A stretch of DNA of 36,986 nt from a virus (Duplodnaviria > Heunggongvirae > Uroviricota > Caudoviricetes): IMG/VR virus record IMGVR_UViG_2671180460_000002; one strand, 5' to 3'. Shown here one piece after another: positions 34,789-36,986 of the stretch (position 1 is the first letter of the stretch; each line of letters opens with the position of its first letter). A program made the position numbers and the translations under genes. The notes beneath the pieces are model-generated. The model saw nothing but the letters and a program-made list of their open reading frames with translations, searched no databases and was not told the origin of the DNA.

Positions 34789-35591
34789 TGCAGAATTTAA
34801 TGCCCCCGGTGAATACGCCGGATAAGTTATTTCATGATGGTGACCCGACTCAGGGAATTGAGGGAACCATCGTTACTGCTGAATTTATGAATAATCATCA
34901 GGCAGCAACGCGTGATTTGCAGCAGGAGGTGATTAACGTCCTTAAAGAAGCTGGCGTCACCCCTGACCCGGAAAAACAAAACCAGCTGGTTGAGGCGCTG
35001 ACCTCGTTTATTGGCCAGAAAGTCCCGGATGCATCACTGACGCAAAAAGGTGTAGTGCAGCTTAACAGTGCTGTTAACAGTGAATCAGAAACAGAAGCAG
35101 CTACGCCAAAAGCGGTCAAGATTACGATGGATAACGCAAACGCCAGACTGGCAAAAGACCGTAACGGCGCAGACATCCCGAATAAACAATTGTTTCTGGA
35201 TAACATCGGCGGTGCGCCGAAAACGCGCAAAATTAACAATATGCCCCTGACGTCGGATATCACCATCAGCAACATCGGCGGCAACGCCGGAACGGCAACC
35301 CGCCTTCAGACGGCCCGCAGGATTAACAATGTGCTGTTTGATGGCACCAGTGATATCACCATCAGCACCACCGATTCTGGTGCAGTACGTAATTTCAGAT
35401 ACACCAGCGAAGTGTTTCACAATCCCGGTGGTAACGAAATTTCCTGGGTATTCCGCGCGCCTTCAGGGTGTATTTTGTCAGGTATTAACGTTCAGGAAAC
35501 TGGCAAAAGCTCTGCGGATAACATCGGTGGTGTGTATTACAAACAAACTCAGATTTATATCAATGGCGGATGGCGCACGGTATCCGGCTAA
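34788..35591 (+). CDS. tail fibre protein (Mu S-like position)
   Basis: Contains KGVVQLNSAVNSESETEAATPKAVK, the conserved tail-fibre motif seen in lambda Stf and P2 H; strong GGAGG RBS; followed by an assembly chaperone. Confidence 0.75.
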   Translation: MQNLMPPVNTPDKLFHDGDPTQGIEGTIVTAEFMNNHQAATRDLQQEVINVLKEAGVTPDPEKQNQLVEALTSFIGQKVPDASLTQKGVVQLNSAVNSESETEAATPKAVKITMDNANARLAKDRNGADIPNKQLFLDNIGGAPKTRKINNMPLTSDITISNIGGNAGTATRLQTARRINNVLFDGTSDITISTTDSGAVRNFRYTSEVFHNPGGNEISWVFRAPSGCILSGINVQETGKSSADNIGGVYYKQTQIYINGGWRTVSG

Positions 35592-35605
35592 TTAAGGAGA
35601 AAATA

Positions 35606-36130
35606 ATGGAACTCAGAAACGTCACACGTTATTACCCTGAAAATATGCCTTATGGTGAAAATATTCAGTATTTCCGCAGTAAAGACGGACATGATTTTTA
35701 TGAATCACAGGATAAATTCACGAAGAAATACAAATTGTGTATTCACCCTGAAACCGGCGTGATTTATTCAATGGCGGAAGACGTTTCCCGTCTTTATCCT
35801 GTTGGTTTTACCATTGTGGAAGTGGACGAATTGCCTGAAGGGTTTGGTATTGAAGCCAGCTGGTATTACCGGGACGGCGAAGTACTGCCGGTGCCCGTTG
35901 ATTACCCACGATTATCAGAAAAACAACGCCAGCGTCTGCTGAATGAAGCAAAGGACATCACTTCTGACTGGAAAACCGAACTGGAGCTGGGCACCCTCAG
36001 CGATGATGACAAAGCCCGTCTTACGCAGTGGATGGAATATATCAAAGCGGTAAAGGCGCTGGATTTAAGTCAGGTCATTGATGAATCTTCCTTTTATTTA
36101 ATTCAGTGGCCGGAAAAACCTGACGTGTAA
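35606..36130 (+). CDS. tail fibre assembly protein (Tfa/U-like)
   Basis: ATG at 35606 after AAGGAG; about 175 aa directly downstream of the fibre gene. Confidence 0.75.
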   Translation: MELRNVTRYYPENMPYGENIQYFRSKDGHDFYESQDKFTKKYKLCIHPETGVIYSMAEDVSRLYPVGFTIVEVDELPEGFGIEASWYYRDGEVLPVPVDYPRLSEKQRQRLLNEAKDITSDWKTELELGTLSDDDKARLTQWMEYIKAVKALDLSQVIDESSFYLIQWPEKPDV

Positions 36131-36136
36131 AACAAT

Positions 36137-36166
36137 AACGGTCGCTGTCTGGCGACCGTTTTCAGT
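36137..36166 (+). terminator. putative intrinsic terminator after the tfa gene
   Basis: 9-bp stem AACGGTCGC/GCGACCGTT with a 6-nt loop, followed by a T-rich TTCAGTT. Confidence 0.5.
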
Positions 36167-36177
36167 TCAGAGGCTTT

Positions 36178-36986
36178 ATGTCTGTATTAATTTCAGGTGC
36201 ACTTGTTAATGGCACTGGCGTTCCGATGGCGGAATGCAAAATTTATTTAGATGCACTGGTTAATACCAGTGAAGTGGTTATTGAATCATTTGCGGTTATT
36301 GAAACCGATGCGGCGGGACAGTATGCCTTTGAAGCGCAGACAGGAAAATATGCCGTTCATATAAAACAAAAGAACGGCCCGAAATGTTGCGTGGGGAATA
36401 TTGCTGTTTATGACGATTCAAAGCCCGGCACGCTGAACGACTTTCTGACCGCCCCCGATGAAGGCGACCTCAAACCCGACGTGGTAAAACGCTTTGAGGA
36501 AATGGTGGCACAGGCGCAGCAGAGCGCAGAAGCCGCCGCTGGCAGCAAACAACAGGCAGGACAACACGCCACTGATGCACAGCAGATTAAGGCCGACTGT
36601 CAGGCGCTGGCGAAAGACGTACAGCAGAAAGCCGACGCGGTTGCGGAGGGTAAACAACAGGCCGAAAATCTGGTCTCACAGGTTGAGAATGCCGCCGAGG
36701 AGGTAAAAAAGGACGCTGAAGCTGCTAAACAGGCCGCATCTGATGCAGAGCATGTCAGGGAGGATATTGACACCGCGTTATCTGCGACACTGAAAACGGC
36801 GAATCGTTTATCAGAGCTGGCTGATGAAGGTGAAGAGGCTCAGCAGGAATCCCGTGATAATCTTGGACTGAAAAGCGCAGCCACGATGACGCCACAGAGC
36901 GACATTCGCGACCGGACTGAAGGCCGTCTGGCGACACCTGGCGCATTTGGTTTTGGGCATATTTTTCTGCCCGCAGAGCGTATCCG
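36178..36986 (+). CDS. side tail fibre protein, lambda Stf-like N-terminal domain (3' partial, runs off window)
   Basis: MSVLISGALVNGTGVPMAECKIYL...GKYAVHIKQ...IAVYDDSKPGTLNDFL...PDVVKRFEEMV parallels the lambda Stf N-terminus. No stop in window, so absent from the supplied track. Confidence 0.8.
   Translation, partial: MSVLISGALVNGTGVPMAECKIYLDALVNTSEVVIESFAVIETDAAGQYAFEAQTGKYAVHIKQKNGPKCCVGNIAVYDDSKPGTLNDFLTAPDEGDLKPDVVKRFEEMVAQAQQSAEAAAGSKQQAGQHATDAQQIKADCQALAKDVQQKADAVAEGKQQAENLVSQVENAAEEVKKDAEAAKQAASDAEHVREDIDTALSATLKTANRLSELADEGEEAQQESRDNLGLKSAATMTPQSDIRDRTEGRLATPGAFGFGHIFLPAERI

Larger units (their letters stand above)
107..36986. mobile_element. Mu-like transposable prophage; left end near 107 (approximate), right end beyond window
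   Basis: Colinear Mu-type gene order: repressor(-), Ner, MuA-like transposase, MuB-like ATPase, GemA-like, Mor/C-like, lysis, terminase, portal, F, G, I, T, sheath, tube, tape measure, gp43-48 analogues, tail fibre and chaperone. Left boundary inferred only from loss of TnpB motif and TCTGGAYYG repeats. Confidence 0.85.

Noticed and set aside
36418-36946. Minus-strand ORFs 36418..36657 and 36755..36946
   Set aside because: Antisense to the Stf-like fibre gene, whose + frame closely parallels lambda Stf.

Overview
The window is almost entirely one Mu-like transposable prophage on the + strand, with Mu/FluMu-type gene order from repressor to tail fibres. Order: prophage repressor (minus strand), Ner, MuA-type DDE transposase, MuB-type ATPase, about 20 small early-region accessory ORFs (including DUF3164-like, DUF2786-like, ASCH-like, Ea22-like and GemA-like proteins), an intrinsic terminator, a single Mor/C-family late activator, a lysis cassette (two membrane proteins, GH108-type endolysin, lipoprotein), small terminase, a solitary beta-class DNA methyltransferase, large terminase, portal, F, G, protease/scaffold, major head, sheath, tube, chaperone, tape measure, baseplate genes (gp43-48 analogues), a tail fibre with its assembly chaperone, and the 5' part of a second lambda Stf-like fibre gene running off the window. 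The left end appears to lie inside an IS200/IS605-type tnpB reading frame near position 107; the right end is beyond the window. No rRNA, tRNA or CRISPR array was seen. All family assignments are from reading the translations against remembered motifs, not from database searches. The most interesting signals not explained by ordinary gene calls are: a conserved dyad motif GTGCTGAAC-N-CCC at the head of three late operons (candidate binding sites for the Mor/C activator); a pair of 58-bp direct repeats containing a GC hairpin that flank an AT-rich gene in the early region; twin CCAAAAC/GTTTTGG palindromes; a solitary methyltransferase between the terminase genes; a probable -1 frameshift in the tail chaperone; and a probable non-AUG start. 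I did not identify a clear novel multi-gene defence system; the early accessory region is where one would look.
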